Shown in pieces: positions 26,792 through 36,947 of a stretch of 64,000 bases of DNA. The first letter of the stretch is position 1, and each line of letters opens with the position of its first letter. A program made the translations under genes and the position numbers. Origin of the DNA: Gemmatimonadales bacterium. GTDB lineage: Bacteria; Gemmatimonadota; Gemmatimonadetes; Gemmatimonadales; GWC2-71-9. The stretch is from contig JBBQXQ010000004.1 in the NCBI GenBank assembly GCA_038209515.1, forward strand, positions 1,078 to 65,077, written 5' to 3'. The notes under the pieces were generated by a model. That model searched no databases. It was not told the origin of the DNA and worked only from the letters and a program-made list of their open reading frames with translations.

Positions 26792-27744
26792 CGCGGAAAG
26801 TTATCCCGCCCGTCCTTTTGCAGCACATGCCGGAGCGCGCTCTCCGGATCGGGGTGACCGAAGCGATACCCTGCCTGGAGCAGCCTGGCCGGGACGGCAC
26901 GGATACTCGACAGGATGGTGCCCCGAGCCATGTCGCCGAGCACGAGCCGGAGCGCCGACTCGGGCACGACAAGGAGTGCGGGGCGTGACAGCACCCGCGC
27001 GAGGATACGGGTGAAGTCGCGGTTGGTAAGCGGCTCCGGCGCCGTGACGTTGACCGGACCCTCGAGACCGTCGTCAACCAGCGCCTGATGAACGGCCTGC
27101 ACCGCATCGTCGATCGAGATCCAGCTCATCCACTGTCTGCCGCTGCCAAGACGCGCACCCAGACCCAAACGGAATGGCAGGAGCATCTTTCTGAGCGCGC
27201 CACCCGCAGGGCTGAGTACTACGCCGAACCTTGGGTGCACCACCCGAATGCCTTCGACCCGGGCCGGCTCCGCCGCTTTCTCCCATTCCCGGGTCACCGA
27301 TACGAGGAAGTCCCGATCGGCATCGCCGGCCGGGCTCTCTTCGGTGAGCACCTCGTCGCCGCGGTCTCCATAGATCCCGACCGCCGAGGCTGAGATCATC
27401 ACCTGGGGCGGACGCTGGAGACCGGCCAAGGTCTCACTCAGCAGGCGGGTACTCGCCACCCTGCTGGAACGGATGCGTCCCTTCCGCTCGGCGGTCCACC
27501 GGGCACCGACGTTCTCTCCCGAGAGGTGAACCACAGCATCCGCGCCCTCGAGCGCGGCCGGGTCCAGCGACCGCGCCGCGGGGTCCCAGGCAATCTCGCC
27601 CCGGCCGGCTGCCCGGCGTACCAGGCGGGCCACCCGGTGACCCTGGGTCGTGAGCCGCTGCACCAGCGCCGATCCGATGAGACCGCCGGCGCCGCTGACC
27701 ACGATGTGCAGCGGGGATTGTGATCGGAGGGACGAATACATCAT
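26788..27744 (-). CDS. TIGR01777-type NAD-dependent epimerase/dehydratase family protein (SDR39U1-like, DUF1731 C-terminus)
   Basis: Rossmann motif [13 protein letters not shown]. Length and C-terminal pattern fit. ATGA overlap with queC. Confidence 0.75.
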   Translation of the reverse strand: MMYSSLRSQSPLHIVVSGAGGLIGSALVQRLTTQGHRVARLVRRAAGRGEIAWDPAARSLDPAALEGADAVVHLSGENVGARWTAERKGRIRSSRVASTRLLSETLAGLQRPPQVMISASAVGIYGDRGDEVLTEESPAGDADRDFLVSVTREWEKAAEPARVEGIRVVHPRFGVVLSPAGGALRKMLLPFRLGLGARLGSGRQWMSWISIDDAVQAVHQALVDDGLEGPVNVTAPEPLTNRDFTRILARVLSRPALLVVPESALRLVLGDMARGTILSSIRAVPARLLQAGYRFGHPDPESALRHVLQKDGRDNFPR

Positions 27745-27773
27745 GAGTCCCGGACCTTTACATTGCGAGGGCT

Positions 27774-28292
27774 ATGCCGATCAGATTCGCCAGCTGGTTC
27801 GCGTTTGTCCTGGCCGTGAAGCCATTGGCCTGTGCGGCGCGGCAGCAGGAAACGCCGCGGCAGGACGACTGTATTGTCGCCCATGTGGCCGACGGCGACT
27901 CGTTTCGTTGCGCCGATGGCCGGCAGGTGCGACTCATCGGCATCGACAGTCCCGAGTCCCAGCAGCGGCCATACGGTGAGTGGGCTCGGAACGCGCTGCA
28001 GCAGATATTGCGGCCCGCTGCCGCCGTCCGACTGGAATCGGACGTCGTCCCGACGGATCGCTACGGCCGGCGGCTGGCCTACGTCTGGGTGGGTTCGACC
28101 CTGGTGAACGAGGCGATGGTGCGGGACGGCTGGGCCGTGCTCTACACCGTCCCACCCAACGTCAAGTATGTGGAGCGGCTCACCCGGGCGCAAAACGAGG
28201 CCCGCGCACGCGGCGCGGGCCTCTGGGGGCAACGGGGCTTCGACTGCCGGCCGAGCGACTTCCGGCGCAACCGGTGTGTCAGTTCACCGTGA
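27774..28292 (+). CDS. thermonuclease (staphylococcal nuclease, SNase-like) family protein, exported
   Basis: VADGDSFRC..GRQVRLIGIDSPE...DRYGRRLAYVWV...VNEAMVRDGWA. Confidence 0.85.
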   Translation: MPIRFASWFAFVLAVKPLACAARQQETPRQDDCIVAHVADGDSFRCADGRQVRLIGIDSPESQQRPYGEWARNALQQILRPAAAVRLESDVVPTDRYGRRLAYVWVGSTLVNEAMVRDGWAVLYTVPPNVKYVERLTRAQNEARARGAGLWGQRGFDCRPSDFRRNRCVSSP

Positions 28293-29154
28293 CCGTCTTC
28301 ATCATTCCGTGGGCCAGGTGCGGCTTGCCATCCTTGGCATCCGGCACGAAGCAGATGAAGCCGTAGTCTCCCGGAGTAAGATCGGCGGTGAAGGAGCCCT
28401 GAGATCCCTTATCCAGAAAGGTGACCCCACCGATCGGCTGCGCCGGTGGCGGCCCCTTCATGCCGGTTTCGGCCCACTTTCCGAAGTCCTCTGCCTTCTT
28501 ACCGGGCGCCAGCTTGACTAGGACCAGCTCGTGGGGCTGAGGCCCCGCGTTCTCGACCATGATCGTATGCCGGCCTTGAGTCAGGGCCGGGGACGGCTCG
28601 AAGGTGTAATCGGTGAGCTTGATCGTCACGTCGGTGGCCGGCGCCTCCGCCACAGCGCCGGATGCGGCGGTGACCTCAAAGGGGCGGACCATGCCCTTGG
28701 CGGCGTGCATGACACCGTCGGGACTGGGGATGAGGCACAGGTACACGTAATTCCCTGGAGCGAGCTCCAATGTCGCTTGCGCCTCCTGGCCCGGAACAAT
28801 TCCATTGGGCCCACCCACGAACTTGATCCACGACGGTGGGGGGCCGGGAGTTTGTAGCGCCTTGGCCAGGTCAGCCGCGGTCTTTCCATCCTCCAGTTTG
28901 ATCATCTGAGCCTGGTGCAGCTCCTTCCCGTGGTTTATCAGATGGATCGTGACCGCTCCGGCCGGCATGCTGGCCGGGGCATCGAAGCGGTAGTCGGTCG
29001 CCGTTACGGTCACGGTGGGCGGAGCCGCCTTCGCGGGCTCGGTCGCCGTCGCCGGAGAGGTGCCGGTTCCTCCCGCGGAGCGGTCGGACTTACAGCCCGC
29101 GAAAGTTCCGGCGGCAATCAGCCCGACGACGGGCAGAGAACGAAAGCAGAGCAT
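28279..29154 (-). CDS. lipoprotein with two tandem cupredoxin-like domains (putative)
   Basis: ATG 29154 with lipobox TFAGC. There are two internal repeats, each with H...C...H...GM spacing (YLCLIPSPDGVMHAAKGM; FICFVPDAKDGKPHLAHGM). The upstream part of the 386-aa ORF is discarded. Confidence 0.5.
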   Translation of the reverse strand: MLCFRSLPVVGLIAAGTFAGCKSDRSAGGTGTSPATATEPAKAAPPTVTVTATDYRFDAPASMPAGAVTIHLINHGKELHQAQMIKLEDGKTAADLAKALQTPGPPPSWIKFVGGPNGIVPGQEAQATLELAPGNYVYLCLIPSPDGVMHAAKGMVRPFEVTAASGAVAEAPATDVTIKLTDYTFEPSPALTQGRHTIMVENAGPQPHELVLVKLAPGKKAEDFGKWAETGMKGPPPAQPIGGVTFLDKGSQGSFTADLTPGDYGFICFVPDAKDGKPHLAHGMMKTVTVN

Positions 29155-29290
29155 GCTATCTCCTGTGAGGGGTGAAGGGGGCGCGCAAACATGAACATTC
29201 GCGCTCGGTTCCGCCAGTGGGACGCCCCGCTTGCTACCCGGTTGGCTCGGGGTATGTTGTCGCCATCCACCCAACCCGCAGGGGCCCTCA

Positions 29291-31198
29291 ATGGCTCGTC
29301 TGATGCCTGGTGTCCTTGTACTCTCGTTTGCTCTCCACGGTTCAGCTGCAGCACAGGGGCGGGCCGGCGGCGACACGATGCCCGTTCCCCCGTCCGTATT
29401 CCGCTCGCTGGCCCTGCCCGGTCCCAACGAATACCGCATCGGCGCGGGCCGGCCTGGCCCGAGCTACTGGCAGCAGCGAGTGGACTACCGGATTGCGGCC
29501 ACGCTGGATACGGCGCGGCGGCAGATCCAGGGCAGGGAAACGATTCACTACACCAACCACTCCCCCGGTGCGCTGAGCTACCTCTGGATGTTCGTGGAGC
29601 AGAACATCTGTGCCCCGGCCAGCGTCACCCGGCAGCTCGACCAGCCGCCGCTCACGTTTCTCGGATCGACCTTCGACTTCTCCTGCAAGACCTTCATGGG
29701 TGGCTTGACGCTGGAGCGAGTCAGTGTCGGCGGCCGGGCGATCAAGCCCATCGTTTATGGAACAACGATGCGGGTTGATCTTCCGCAACCACTCCCGGCG
29801 GGTGGAGTGCTGGATCTGGAGATCGCTTGGCACTTCCCGGTGCCGGATTACGGAGCCGGACGGATGGCTCGGGACGGCTCGCTCTATGAGATCGCCCAGT
29901 GGTACCCCCGGCTGGCGGTCTATGACGACGTGAGGGGTTGGAACCACGAGCCGTACATCGGCGCGGGAGAGTTCTACCTGGAGTATGGTGACTTCGACGT
30001 GAGCCTCACGGTACCGGCGAGCTACATCGTGGCGGCTACGGGAACACTCCGAAATCCTGGCGTTGTGCTGACGCGGGAACAGCAGGCTCGGCTGGTTGCC
30101 GCGCACGGATCCTCCGAGCCGGTGGCACTGATCACGGCAGCGGAGGCGGGCCGGCCCGAGCAGACTCGGCCGTCATCGAAGGGGCAGCTGACCTGGCGGT
30201 TCACCGCAGCGAGTGTCCGGGACTTTGCCTTTGCCGCCGGACCCGAGCTGCGATGGGATGCGTCTTCCTACGACGGGATTCTGATCCAGACCTTCTATCG
30301 GCCCAAGGCAAAGGGGTGGGAAGAGGCAAACCGGATGGCCCGGGAAGCCATCAAGTACTTCAGCGAGCAATGGTACCGTTATCCCTATCCGCAGGCCACG
30401 ACGGTGGAAGGACCGATCGAAGGCATGGAATACCCCATGCTCACCTTCGTTCCGGACAGTCCCTCCCGTGAGGAGCTGCAGTGGGTGCTGTCCCATGAGT
30501 TCGGACACGAGTGGTTCCCGATGGTGGTCGGGTCGAACGAGCGACTCTACCCCTGGATGGACGAGGGCTTCAACACCTTCATCGATCTGGCCGGCGCGGC
30601 CCGCTACTTCGCGGGAACCGCCTACGGGGACTCTATCGAAGTCCATCCCCTACATCTGTACTCCGACCATGCGGTGGCGGGGCAGGAGCAACCGCTGATG
30701 AGCCGGCCGGTGGAGGTGAAAGACCTCTTCTGGGCCGGCTACCAGAAGCCCGCGCTCATGATGCAGACGCTGCGCTACGAAGTGCTGGGCAAGGAGCGGT
30801 TCGACTACGCCTTCCGGGAATACATCAAGGTGTGGGCCTTCAAGCACCCCACCCCGGCCGACTTCTTCCGGCTCATGCGCGATGCGTCAGGGATGGATCT
30901 CGATTGGTTCTGGCGCGACTGGATCTTCACCACCACTCGTCTGGATCAGGCGGTGGACTCGGTGGGGGCGGAGAAGATCTATCTGGCGAACCGAGGCAGC
31001 ATGACGCTTCCCCTGGAAATGGAGATCACCTACGCGGATGGCTCGACGGAGCGCGTCAAGTTGCCAGTGGAGATGTGGAACTTGGGAACTCGGTTCGCGT
31101 ACCGGCCTCAGGGTGGAAAGGCGGTGCGGCGGGTGGTGGTGGATCCCCGGCGGGTACTGCCCGATGTCGATCGGTCCAACAACGACCGCAGCCGGTGA
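29291..31198 (+). CDS. M1 family metallopeptidase (aminopeptidase N-like), exported
   Basis: HEFGHEWF with the downstream WMDEGFNTF glutamate. Signal peptide MARLMPGVLVLSFALHGSAAAQ. Confidence 0.88.
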   Translation: MARLMPGVLVLSFALHGSAAAQGRAGGDTMPVPPSVFRSLALPGPNEYRIGAGRPGPSYWQQRVDYRIAATLDTARRQIQGRETIHYTNHSPGALSYLWMFVEQNICAPASVTRQLDQPPLTFLGSTFDFSCKTFMGGLTLERVSVGGRAIKPIVYGTTMRVDLPQPLPAGGVLDLEIAWHFPVPDYGAGRMARDGSLYEIAQWYPRLAVYDDVRGWNHEPYIGAGEFYLEYGDFDVSLTVPASYIVAATGTLRNPGVVLTREQQARLVAAHGSSEPVALITAAEAGRPEQTRPSSKGQLTWRFTAASVRDFAFAAGPELRWDASSYDGILIQTFYRPKAKGWEEANRMAREAIKYFSEQWYRYPYPQATTVEGPIEGMEYPMLTFVPDSPSREELQWVLSHEFGHEWFPMVVGSNERLYPWMDEGFNTFIDLAGAARYFAGTAYGDSIEVHPLHLYSDHAVAGQEQPLMSRPVEVKDLFWAGYQKPALMMQTLRYEVLGKERFDYAFREYIKVWAFKHPTPADFFRLMRDASGMDLDWFWRDWIFTTTRLDQAVDSVGAEKIYLANRGSMTLPLEMEITYADGSTERVKLPVEMWNLGTRFAYRPQGGKAVRRVVVDPRRVLPDVDRSNNDRSR

Positions 31199-31201
31199 GG
31201 A

Positions 31202-31312
31202 CACCTCATCCCGAGTGAAACGAGGGATCTACTCAGCAGCGCTCCAGAACGCGGCTAGCTAGATCCCTGGCGGAGCCTGCCCTGAGCGCAGCGAAGGGCT
31301 CGGGATGAGGTG
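31202..31312. repeat. nested hairpin repeat element (CACCTCATCCCGAG ... CTCGGGATGAGGTG) between convergent genes
   Basis: 14-bp outer stem plus an inner GGGATCTA/TAGATCCC stem. About 30 nt are near-identical to the reverse complement of 44331-44417. Confidence 0.85.
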
Positions 31313-31332
31313 TAGCTGACGTCCTCTCTAGG

Positions 31333-32409
31333 TCAGCTGCTAGCGCGCCGGACCAATAGGTGGTCGGTGATGTTGTCCTGCGTGAGGAGTCCTACCAGCG
31401 CACCTGCGCCATCGACCACCGGCAGCGCCGGCAGCCGGCTGGACCGCAGGCGCTCGACCGCCTCCTGGAAGCCGAGCGTGGGGGGCACGACCGGGACATC
31501 CGCGGTCATGGCCTCTGCCACACTCGAGCCAGCGCCTCGCTGGGAGAGCCCACGGATCAGGTTGTCGCGGGTGAGAATCCCCTCCGTGCGGCCCAGATTG
31601 TCCACTACCGGGAATTCACGCTGCTCTCCGCTCAACAGGAGGTCCACCGCCTGCGAGAGCGTCGCGTGGATCGGGAGGGTGCGGAAGTCGGTCACCATCA
31701 TCTGCCCGACGTTGAGACCCCGGCCGGCCGCTCGGGTCTCCACCGCGGACGCCTCGGCGTTGGCGCCGAGAAAGACGAAGAAGGCGATCAGGATCAGAAA
31801 CGGTTGGTCGGCAACGAAGCCGTACACCCCGCCGGCGATCGCAAGCATCTGGCCCAGGCTGGCAGCGATTCGGGTGCCCCGAACGAGGCCCAGGCGGCTG
31901 GAAAGGAGCGCGCGCAGCACGCGGCCCCCATCCATGGGGAAAGCCGGAACCAGGTTGAACAGCAGCAGATAAATGTTGATCGCCAGGAGCTGGGCGAGGA
32001 ATGGCCCCTCGGGGCTCAGCTGGCCCAGCGTCACGTTGTTGCCGGTGAGCTCCAGCACCAGGTAGAGCCCCACGATAATGGCGAGCGTCACGGCCGGGCC
32101 GGCCAGCGCGATCAGCAGCTCCTGCCTGGGCTCTTCCGGAATCCGTTCCAGCCGGGCCACCCCCCCGATCGGCAGCAGGATGACGTCCGGCGTGCGGACC
32201 CCGAAGCGGCGCGCCATGAGAATGTGCCCGAATTCGTGGAGCAGGATACACGCGAAAAGGGCCAGCAGGGCGAGAGCGCCTGCCAGCGCCCCACCCAGCC
32301 CGCCCTCTTGGTAGCCCCTCACCGCCCACAGCCCCACGATCAGGAGGAAGGTCACGTGCACCTTGATGTCGGTGCCTGCGATCCGTCCAATTGTATACGA
32401 CCATTTCAT
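31333..32409 (-). CDS. site-2 protease family (M50) with C-terminal CBS pair
   Basis: LLHEFGHILMARRFG and NLVPAFPMDGGRVL motifs, with tandem CBS domains at the C-terminus. ATG 32409 (MKWSYTIGRIAG). Confidence 0.88.
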   Translation of the reverse strand: MKWSYTIGRIAGTDIKVHVTFLLIVGLWAVRGYQEGGLGGALAGALALLALFACILLHEFGHILMARRFGVRTPDVILLPIGGVARLERIPEEPRQELLIALAGPAVTLAIIVGLYLVLELTGNNVTLGQLSPEGPFLAQLLAINIYLLLFNLVPAFPMDGGRVLRALLSSRLGLVRGTRIAASLGQMLAIAGGVYGFVADQPFLILIAFFVFLGANAEASAVETRAAGRGLNVGQMMVTDFRTLPIHATLSQAVDLLLSGEQREFPVVDNLGRTEGILTRDNLIRGLSQRGAGSSVAEAMTADVPVVPPTLGFQEAVERLRSSRLPALPVVDGAGALVGLLTQDNITDHLLVRRASS

Positions 32410-32456
32410 CGCTGCGCCCCTCGTTCGGTCCGCTCTTGGCGAAACATAACGAGGTC

Positions 32457-33125
32457 TTAGACCATCACCCTCAGCCCAAATTCGGCACGGGAGCGCGGCT
32501 CGAGCCGGGGACCTGCCGCGACCGCTGCGGGTCCACGGACAAATGCCTGGGCCTCGCCCGGCAGCGGATGCAGCTCGGCCCACTGCGCCATCGCCTGTCG
32601 GAAGGTGACTTGCCCATCCAAACCCGGCAGGTTGAATTCGCGAACGTAGTGCATGATCGCTTCGTCGGGGGTCACCTCGTCGGCCAGCACCTGAGCCGTC
32701 TCCAGCGCGTTGCGGACATGCGTGGCTGCCACTGCCTCATCCGACATGGACGCCGCCAGCAGGCAATCCAGGTTGGTGGCCTCCACATGCTGCATCCGGC
32801 GCCGGAACGCCTCCAGCGGGCGCAGAATGGCCCAGGACGGTGCCTGCTGCTCGCGGTGCGGCGTGTTCTCGATCAAGCCGGCCAGCGAGATCAGCGCACG
32901 GGAGCGAACGGTCTCTTCGATGGCGGCCGGGACGGCCACCTCGTGGAAGTACCGCTCGAGCGCTTCGTCCACGCTGAGCCGCGAGGTCAGCCGCCGCACG
33001 AACTCGGCGGCCTGATCCTGATACGTATAGGCCAGGGCCTCGAGCGCTCTGGCAAAGGCCAGCTGGAGGCGGAGCCGGGTTGCCGCCGAGAAACGGCGGG
33101 TGGTAATGAGACTAGGTACGGCCAT
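32457..33125 (-). CDS. hypothetical all-alpha protein
   Basis: ATG 33125 preceded by GAGGGGG. Coding-like GC3. Upstream of, and co-oriented with, the M50 protease. No family recognised. Confidence 0.55.
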   Translation of the reverse strand: MAVPSLITTRRFSAATRLRLQLAFARALEALAYTYQDQAAEFVRRLTSRLSVDEALERYFHEVAVPAAIEETVRSRALISLAGLIENTPHREQQAPSWAILRPLEAFRRRMQHVEATNLDCLLAASMSDEAVAATHVRNALETAQVLADEVTPDEAIMHYVREFNLPGLDGQVTFRQAMAQWAELHPLPGEAQAFVRGPAAVAAGPRLEPRSRAEFGLRVMV

Positions 33126-33408
33126 GCTACCCCCTCGGTAATGCCGAAACGAGCAGTGCAAATCGTGATAATGACTGCAGGTGCATCTGCTTGAGAATGC
33201 GAACTTTGTGCCGATCGTGCCGGTCGAAAAGCGCCGCGCCTGGACCGTTTAAAAACCGCCGCTACAATGCCTTATCCAGCTCCGGCATGACCGGGGACCC
33301 GCCAGTGACGCGGCCCTGTAGCGCAGCCGCTACTGAAACTGGGGCACCGGCGCATGGCCCAAGTGTAAGACGAAGGCCGCTTTCGCCTGCTGCCGTACCC
33401 CATTACAA

Positions 33409-35370
33409 TTGCCCCTTCGCCCCACCATCAGGAGTCCCGCCATCACCGTCACCGTCGCCCCTCCGAGCTGGACTACCAAAGACGCCGAGAAGCTCTACAA
33501 CATGAGCGGCTGGGGTCTTGGTTATTTCAGGGTCAATCCCGAAGGGCACGTCACCGTGCATCCGGACGCGAACCGGAAGCGCGGGCTGGATCTGTATAAC
33601 CTGGCCATGGATCTCCACGCCCAGGGGGTCGGCCTCCCACTGCTGCTCCGCTTCTCGGACATTCTGCGCTCACGGATCGAGGCGCTCGCCACCGAGTTCA
33701 GCAACGCGATCAAGGACTTCGGCTACGGCGGCACCTACACCACGGTATATCCCGTCAAGGTGAACCAGCAGCGTCACGTGGTGCAGGAGATCGTCGAATT
33801 CGGTGCGCCCCACGGTGTGGGGCTCGAGTGCGGCAGCAAGCCGGAGCTCCAGGCCATTCTGGGGCTCAACGAGGGTACCAACCACCTCATCGTGTGCAAT
33901 GGGTACAAGGATGAGGAGTTCATGCGCCTGGCCCTCATGGGCCAGAAGCTGGGCCACAAGGTGATGATCGTGCTGGAGCAGCTCAGTGAGCTGGAGGTGC
34001 TCCTGAAGGTTGCCGACGAGATGAACGTGCAACCGACGGCCGGCGTGCGGATCAAGCTTGCCACCGAGGGATCGGGACGGTGGGCCAAGAGTGGCGGGGA
34101 GCGGTCGAAATTCGGGCTCGACTCGGTCGAGCTGATGAAGCTGCTCGATCGGCTTGACCGGATGGGCCGGAAGGACATCCTGAAGCTGGTCCATTTCCAC
34201 CTGGGCAGTCAGATCACCGACATCCGGCATGTAAAGGCAGGGCTGGAGGAGATTGGGCGATACTACGTCGAGCTGCGCAACATGGGCTTCGAGATTACCC
34301 ACGTGGATGTCGGCGGCGGGCTCGGGGTGGACTACGAGGGCTCGCGCTCCACCAGGCCTGCCAGCGTCAACTACTCCATGCGGGAGTACGCCAACGATGT
34401 CGTCTATACCCTCGGCGCGGTCTGCCGCAATGAGGATCTGCCGATGCCGCACATCATCTCGGAGTCGGGTCGGGCGATCACGGCGCACCACTCGCTGCTG
34501 CTGATCAACGTCATCGATGTGGAATCACAGATCGAGCCGGTGTCGCCCAAGCTGAGGGAGGAGCCCCATCCTTTGCTGGTGGAGATGGCGGAGAACCTCG
34601 AGGGACTGACCCAGGACCGGATCGAGGAAGTCTTTCACGACGTGGTGTTCGCCAAGGAGCGAGCCCAGGAGTACTTCGCCAGTGGAGTATTCTCGCTGCG
34701 CGACAAGGCCGACGCGGATCAGTTCTACCTGGTCACGCTGAACGCCCTCTCCAGCGCGATGGGCGACGACAAGACCTCATTTCCCGAGATCACGACCCAC
34801 ATCGAGTCGGCGCTGGTGGATCGGTACTTCTGCAATTTCTCGGTCTTTCAGTCGCTACCCGACAACTGGGCCATCGACCAGCTCTTCCCCATCATGCCGA
34901 TCCACCGGCTGAACGAGCCCCCCACTCGTCGCGGCACGCTGCAGGACGTCACCTGCGACTCGGACGGCGTGATCGACCGCTTCACCGGCGGCCGGAAGGG
35001 CAAGCCTTCACTCGAGCTCCACCCGGTGGAGGACGGCCAGCCCTACATCCTGGGCATCTTCCTGACCGGAGCTTACCAGGAGATCCTCGGCGATCTGCAC
35101 AATCTCTTCGGCGACACCAACGCGGTGCACGTGCGGCTGACCGAGCAGGCGTACGAGATCACCGACCTGGTCCACGGCGATACAGTGACCGAGGTCCTCA
35201 ACTACGTGCAGTTCCATGCCCCCGACCTCCTGGCCACCTTTCGCCGCAAGGTGAGCAACGCGAAGGATCTCACCCGGCAGGAGGCGAATGGTTTTATCGC
35301 GGATTTCGTGGCGGGGCTGGAAGGGTATACCTACCTGGAAGGCGACGTTCCCGTGGAGGAGAAAGTTTAA
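33409..35370 (+). CDS. speA: biosynthetic arginine decarboxylase
   Basis: N-terminus WTTKDAEKLYNMSGWGLGYFRVNPEGHVTV and a PLP-fold body (YPVKVNQ, HFHLGSQ, GGGLGVDY). TTG 33409 start is uncertain. Confidence 0.93.
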   Translation: MPLRPTIRSPAITVTVAPPSWTTKDAEKLYNMSGWGLGYFRVNPEGHVTVHPDANRKRGLDLYNLAMDLHAQGVGLPLLLRFSDILRSRIEALATEFSNAIKDFGYGGTYTTVYPVKVNQQRHVVQEIVEFGAPHGVGLECGSKPELQAILGLNEGTNHLIVCNGYKDEEFMRLALMGQKLGHKVMIVLEQLSELEVLLKVADEMNVQPTAGVRIKLATEGSGRWAKSGGERSKFGLDSVELMKLLDRLDRMGRKDILKLVHFHLGSQITDIRHVKAGLEEIGRYYVELRNMGFEITHVDVGGGLGVDYEGSRSTRPASVNYSMREYANDVVYTLGAVCRNEDLPMPHIISESGRAITAHHSLLLINVIDVESQIEPVSPKLREEPHPLLVEMAENLEGLTQDRIEEVFHDVVFAKERAQEYFASGVFSLRDKADADQFYLVTLNALSSAMGDDKTSFPEITTHIESALVDRYFCNFSVFQSLPDNWAIDQLFPIMPIHRLNEPPTRRGTLQDVTCDSDGVIDRFTGGRKGKPSLELHPVEDGQPYILGIFLTGAYQEILGDLHNLFGDTNAVHVRLTEQAYEITDLVHGDTVTEVLNYVQFHAPDLLATFRRKVSNAKDLTRQEANGFIADFVAGLEGYTYLEGDVPVEEKV

Positions 35371-35377
35371 GCATCGG

Positions 35378-35471
35378 CTGTCACCCTGAGCCGGAGCGAA
35401 GCGCAGGCGAGGGGCCACAGCTTTAACGGCGTTCAAGCCCCCTCGGGTCCTTCGGGCCGTCAGAGTGACAA
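35378..35471. repeat. REP-like hairpin element between convergent speA and gltA
   Basis: TGTCACCCTGAGCCGGAGCGAAGCG...GAGGGGC / GCCCCCTC...TCAGAGTGACA. Confidence 0.8.
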
Positions 35472-35474
35472 TCC

Positions 35475-36800
35475 TTATCTAGTGCTGATTCTTTCGACCT
35501 CTCCGCTCAATCGTTCCCCTCGCTGATCCAGCGGAACAAACGACCGCTCCTCCGACCCGGTGTAGATCTGCCGGGGACGGGCGATCTTCTGGTCCTTGTC
35601 GAGCAGCATCTCCTCCCACTGGGCCAGCCAACCCGGAGTCCGGCCGATGGCGAACAACACGGTGAAGTAGTCGGTGGGATACCCCATGGCCTGGTAGATC
35701 AGTCCCGAGTAGAAGTCCACGTTGGGGTAGAGCTTGCGCTTGATGAAGTATTCGTCTTGCAGCGCGATCCGCTCCAACTCCAGCGCAATCTCGAGCTTGG
35801 GATTCAGGCCGGTCTGCTGGAACACATCATACGCCACCTTCTTGATCAGCTTGGCTCGGGGGTCGTACGACTTGTAGACCCGATGCCCGAAGCCCATCAG
35901 GCGATCCGAGCCGCCCTTCACCTTTTCGATGAACGACGGGATGTTCTTCTTGTCACCGATCTCGTCCAGCATCTTGAGCACCGCCTCGTTTGCCCCGCCG
36001 TGGAGCGGACCATACAGCGCGGCGATGCCGGCGCTCACGGCGGAGAACGGGTCCACGTGCGAGGAGCCCACCGCCCGCACGGCACTGGTGGAGCAGTTCT
36101 GCTCGTGATCGGCGTGGAGGATCAACAGAATCTCGAGCGCCCGCTGGAGCACCTTGTTCGGCTGGTGCCGGCCCCCGATGCTGAACGTCATGTTCACGAA
36201 GTTCCCGATGTAATCCAGATCGTTCCGGGGGAACTCGTACGGCAGGCCACGAGAGTGCCGGAACGCGAAGGCGGCGATGGTCGGAAGCTTGGCCAGCAGT
36301 CGCACCCGCTGGAGGTAGCGGTTGGCCGGATCGTGGATGTTCTTGGCGTCGGGATAGAACGTGGACAGCGCCCCGACCACGCCGAGCAGCATCCCCATGG
36401 GGTGGGCGTCGTAGCGGAACCCCTCGAGGAACTTGGTAATGTTGGTGTGGACGTAGGTGTGAAACGTGATGGTCTCTTCCCATTCGGATAGCTGCTCCCG
36501 GTTGGGCAGCTCCCCCTCGCAGAGCAGGTAGGCCACTTCCAGGAACGACGCCCGGTCGGCCAGCTGCTCGATGGGGTAGCCCCGGTACCGGAGGATCCCC
36601 CGGTCGCCGTCGATGAAGGTGATGGCGCTACGACAGGCGGCGGTGTTCATGAACGCCGGGTCGTACGTCATCATGCCGAAATCGTCTTCCGAAACCTTGA
36701 TCTGGCGGAGGTCGGTGGCGCGGATGGTGCCCTCGACGATCGGCAGCTCGTAGGTCTTGCCGGTGCGGTTATCGGTGAGGGTGACGCTTTCCTTGGGCAA
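35475..36800 (-). CDS. gltA: citrate synthase (type II)
   Basis: 441 aa with LHADHEQNCSTSAVR and GFGHRVYK motifs. TTG start. Confidence 0.95.
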   Translation of the reverse strand: MPKESVTLTDNRTGKTYELPIVEGTIRATDLRQIKVSEDDFGMMTYDPAFMNTAACRSAITFIDGDRGILRYRGYPIEQLADRASFLEVAYLLCEGELPNREQLSEWEETITFHTYVHTNITKFLEGFRYDAHPMGMLLGVVGALSTFYPDAKNIHDPANRYLQRVRLLAKLPTIAAFAFRHSRGLPYEFPRNDLDYIGNFVNMTFSIGGRHQPNKVLQRALEILLILHADHEQNCSTSAVRAVGSSHVDPFSAVSAGIAALYGPLHGGANEAVLKMLDEIGDKKNIPSFIEKVKGGSDRLMGFGHRVYKSYDPRAKLIKKVAYDVFQQTGLNPKLEIALELERIALQDEYFIKRKLYPNVDFYSGLIYQAMGYPTDYFTVLFAIGRTPGWLAQWEEMLLDKDQKIARPRQIYTGSEERSFVPLDQRGERLSGEVERISTR

Positions 36801-36877
36801 CGGAGGGCCTCGGAGCTAGAGACGTTAAGCCATCGGCTTCGATCTCCAACTATAGGGGGGTTGCGTGACCCAAGGAA

Positions 36878-36945
36878 GCCGGACGGGCGGACAGGCGGAC
36901 AGTTGTTAAATTTTGTCATTCTGAGTGCAGCGAAGAATCCCTCAA
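36878..36945. repeat. (GCCGGACG GGCGGACA GGCGGACA) 8-mer array followed by a half REP-like element (GTCATTCTGAGTGCAGCGAAGAATCCCTC)
   Basis: Direct reading. Same 8-mer unit as 63049-63072. Lies in the divergent gltA / M28 peptidase intergenic region. Confidence 0.85.
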
Positions 36946-36947
36946 GA

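Noticed and set aside
27745-27773. preQ1 riboswitch upstream of the que operon and of queF (44267-44460).
   Set aside because: I found no sequence resembling the short preQ1-I/II consensus (a C-rich stem followed by an A-rich tail). The queF upstream region is occupied by a REP-like hairpin instead.
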